64,000 nucleotides of DNA from positions 188,916-252,915 of the forward strand of contig JBASAM010000052.1 in NCBI GenBank assembly GCA_049650605.1, given 5' to 3'. A program made the position numbers and the translations under genes. Under the pieces are notes generated by a model. The model made no database searches. It saw only the letters and a list, made by a program, of their open reading frames with translations, and was not told where the DNA came from. This document shows positions 63,308-64,000 of the stretch, piece by piece (the first letter of the stretch is position 1; every line of letters starts with the position of its first letter). The DNA comes from Rhodococcus sp. (in: high G+C Gram-positive bacteria). GTDB lineage: Bacteria > Actinomycetota > Actinomycetes > Mycobacteriales > Mycobacteriaceae.

Positions 63308-63730
63308 ATGAGTGACCTGGAATATCTTGCGACACTGTTCGGACGGTTCGACGCCGAGTACGACCGCCTGATGGCCGCCGACGCCGGTTCCGAGGAGCAC
63401 GACAACGCTCTGAACGCTGCCGCAGACGCGCTCTACAGACTTCGAGAGAAGGTCAAGGCCGGATACCCGGGCAAGAAGGCGTACTACGTTGCTGCGTCCA
63501 CCGACCCCAAAGGCATCCGAGTCGAGGGCATCGCGTCCCTGCACGGCAAGCGGATTCACGAATTGGTGCGGGAACAAGGATGGTTGTCGGTCGGGGACAG
63601 TGCGGTGCTCGATGCGCTGGACGACGATCAAATCGGTCGGTATCGAGCCATTGCCGGCCGTGGCGTGGCGCAGACATTCAGAGATGCGCGAGACTACCTG
63701 TGGACGGAAACCGGTCTGGACAAGCAGTAA
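63308..63730 (+). CDS. Hypothetical protein, no family recognised
   Basis: 140-aa ORF starting 15 nt after the previous stop. It ends in TAA and is followed by the small hairpin AAGCC-GCGC-GGCTT. Confidence 0.5.
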   Translation: MSDLEYLATLFGRFDAEYDRLMAADAGSEEHDNALNAAADALYRLREKVKAGYPGKKAYYVAASTDPKGIRVEGIASLHGKRIHELVREQGWLSVGDSAVLDALDDDQIGRYRAIAGRGVAQTFRDARDYLWTETGLDKQ

Positions 63731-63745
63731 AGCCGCGCGGCTTCG

Positions 63746-63821
63746 TGGTGGAGCTGAGGGGAATCGAACCCCTGACCTTCTCGATGCGAACGAGACGCGC
63801 TACCAACTGCGCCACAGCCCC
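63746..63821 (-). tRNA. tRNA-Ala (anticodon CGC)
   Basis: GGGGCTGTGGCGCAGTTGGTAGCGCGTCTCGTTCGCATCGAGAAGGTCAGGGGTTCGATTCCCCTCAGCTCCACCA. The G3-U70 pair is present and the anticodon loop is TTCGCAT. Confidence 0.9.
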
Positions 63822-63884
63822 TGACCCGGCGAACCAGGATCGTGTCGAACTCTAGCAGCCCGAAAGGACTGCCAGAAATCTGCC

Positions 63885-64000
63885 TCACTCCCCCGCAGCT
63901 CGACGCATTCTGACGTCGAGATAGGAGTCGCCGACCTCGTCGTCGTAGTGCTCGAGGTGATCGAAGGCGGGGTCCTCGTCGTCCACTTCGAGCACCACGG
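63885..64000 (-). CDS. C-terminal end of an unidentified protein; the CDS enters from the right edge
   Basis: My own translation gives ...VVLEVDDEDPAFDHLEHYDDEVGDSYLDVRMRRAAGE followed by a stop. It shows third-position G/C bias. I recognise no family. Confidence 0.35.
   Translation of the reverse strand, partial: VVLEVDDEDPAFDHLEHYDDEVGDSYLDVRMRRAAGE

Overview
The window is visibly GC-rich actinobacterial chromosome; I did not compute the GC content. Gene order matches, in inverted orientation, the conserved Mycobacterium tuberculosis block Rv1001-Rv1026. That block runs arcA, pmt, rsmI, metS, tatD, rpfB, ksgA, ispE, pks16-like FAAL, pth, rplY, prs, glmU, tetR, mfd, mazG, lpqU, eno, ftsB-like, DUF501, ppx. 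The source is therefore most likely a member of the Mycobacteriales; Rhodococcus or Nocardia is only a guess.

This housekeeping backbone is interrupted by lineage-specific inserts:
- The left edge (1-2530) holds mobile DNA. One IS3-family element runs off the window. A complete 1266-bp IS3 copy with perfect 25-bp inverted repeats abuts it and cuts a tyrosine integrase. Next to the integrase is a tRNA with an odd anticodon and arm combination.
- 3810-6425 encodes a ferric-reductase-type membrane protein, a secreted FMN-binding protein and an ApbE flavin transferase.
- 21138-26818 encodes a complete ergothioneine set, egtABCD plus a divergent egtE.
- 45145-48403 is a lipid-related trio.
- 54075-55435 pairs a cytoplasmic molybdopterin protein with a flavin reductase.
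- 55738-63730 is the right-hand accessory locus. It holds a gamma-butyrolactone-receptor-like TetR, two GyrI-like proteins, an EamA exporter and a CGNR zinc-finger regulator. These are followed by a five-gene operon: class-III aminotransferase, thioester-reductase-like SDR, SRPBCC protein and two proteins I cannot assign.

Three tRNAs are present. I saw no rRNA, CRISPR array or recognisable phage-defence system. The right-hand locus is my best candidate for something undescribed, but that rests on gene content and is a hypothesis. Many long ORFs in the six-frame track are antisense or alternate-frame shadows typical of GC-rich DNA, and I rejected them.
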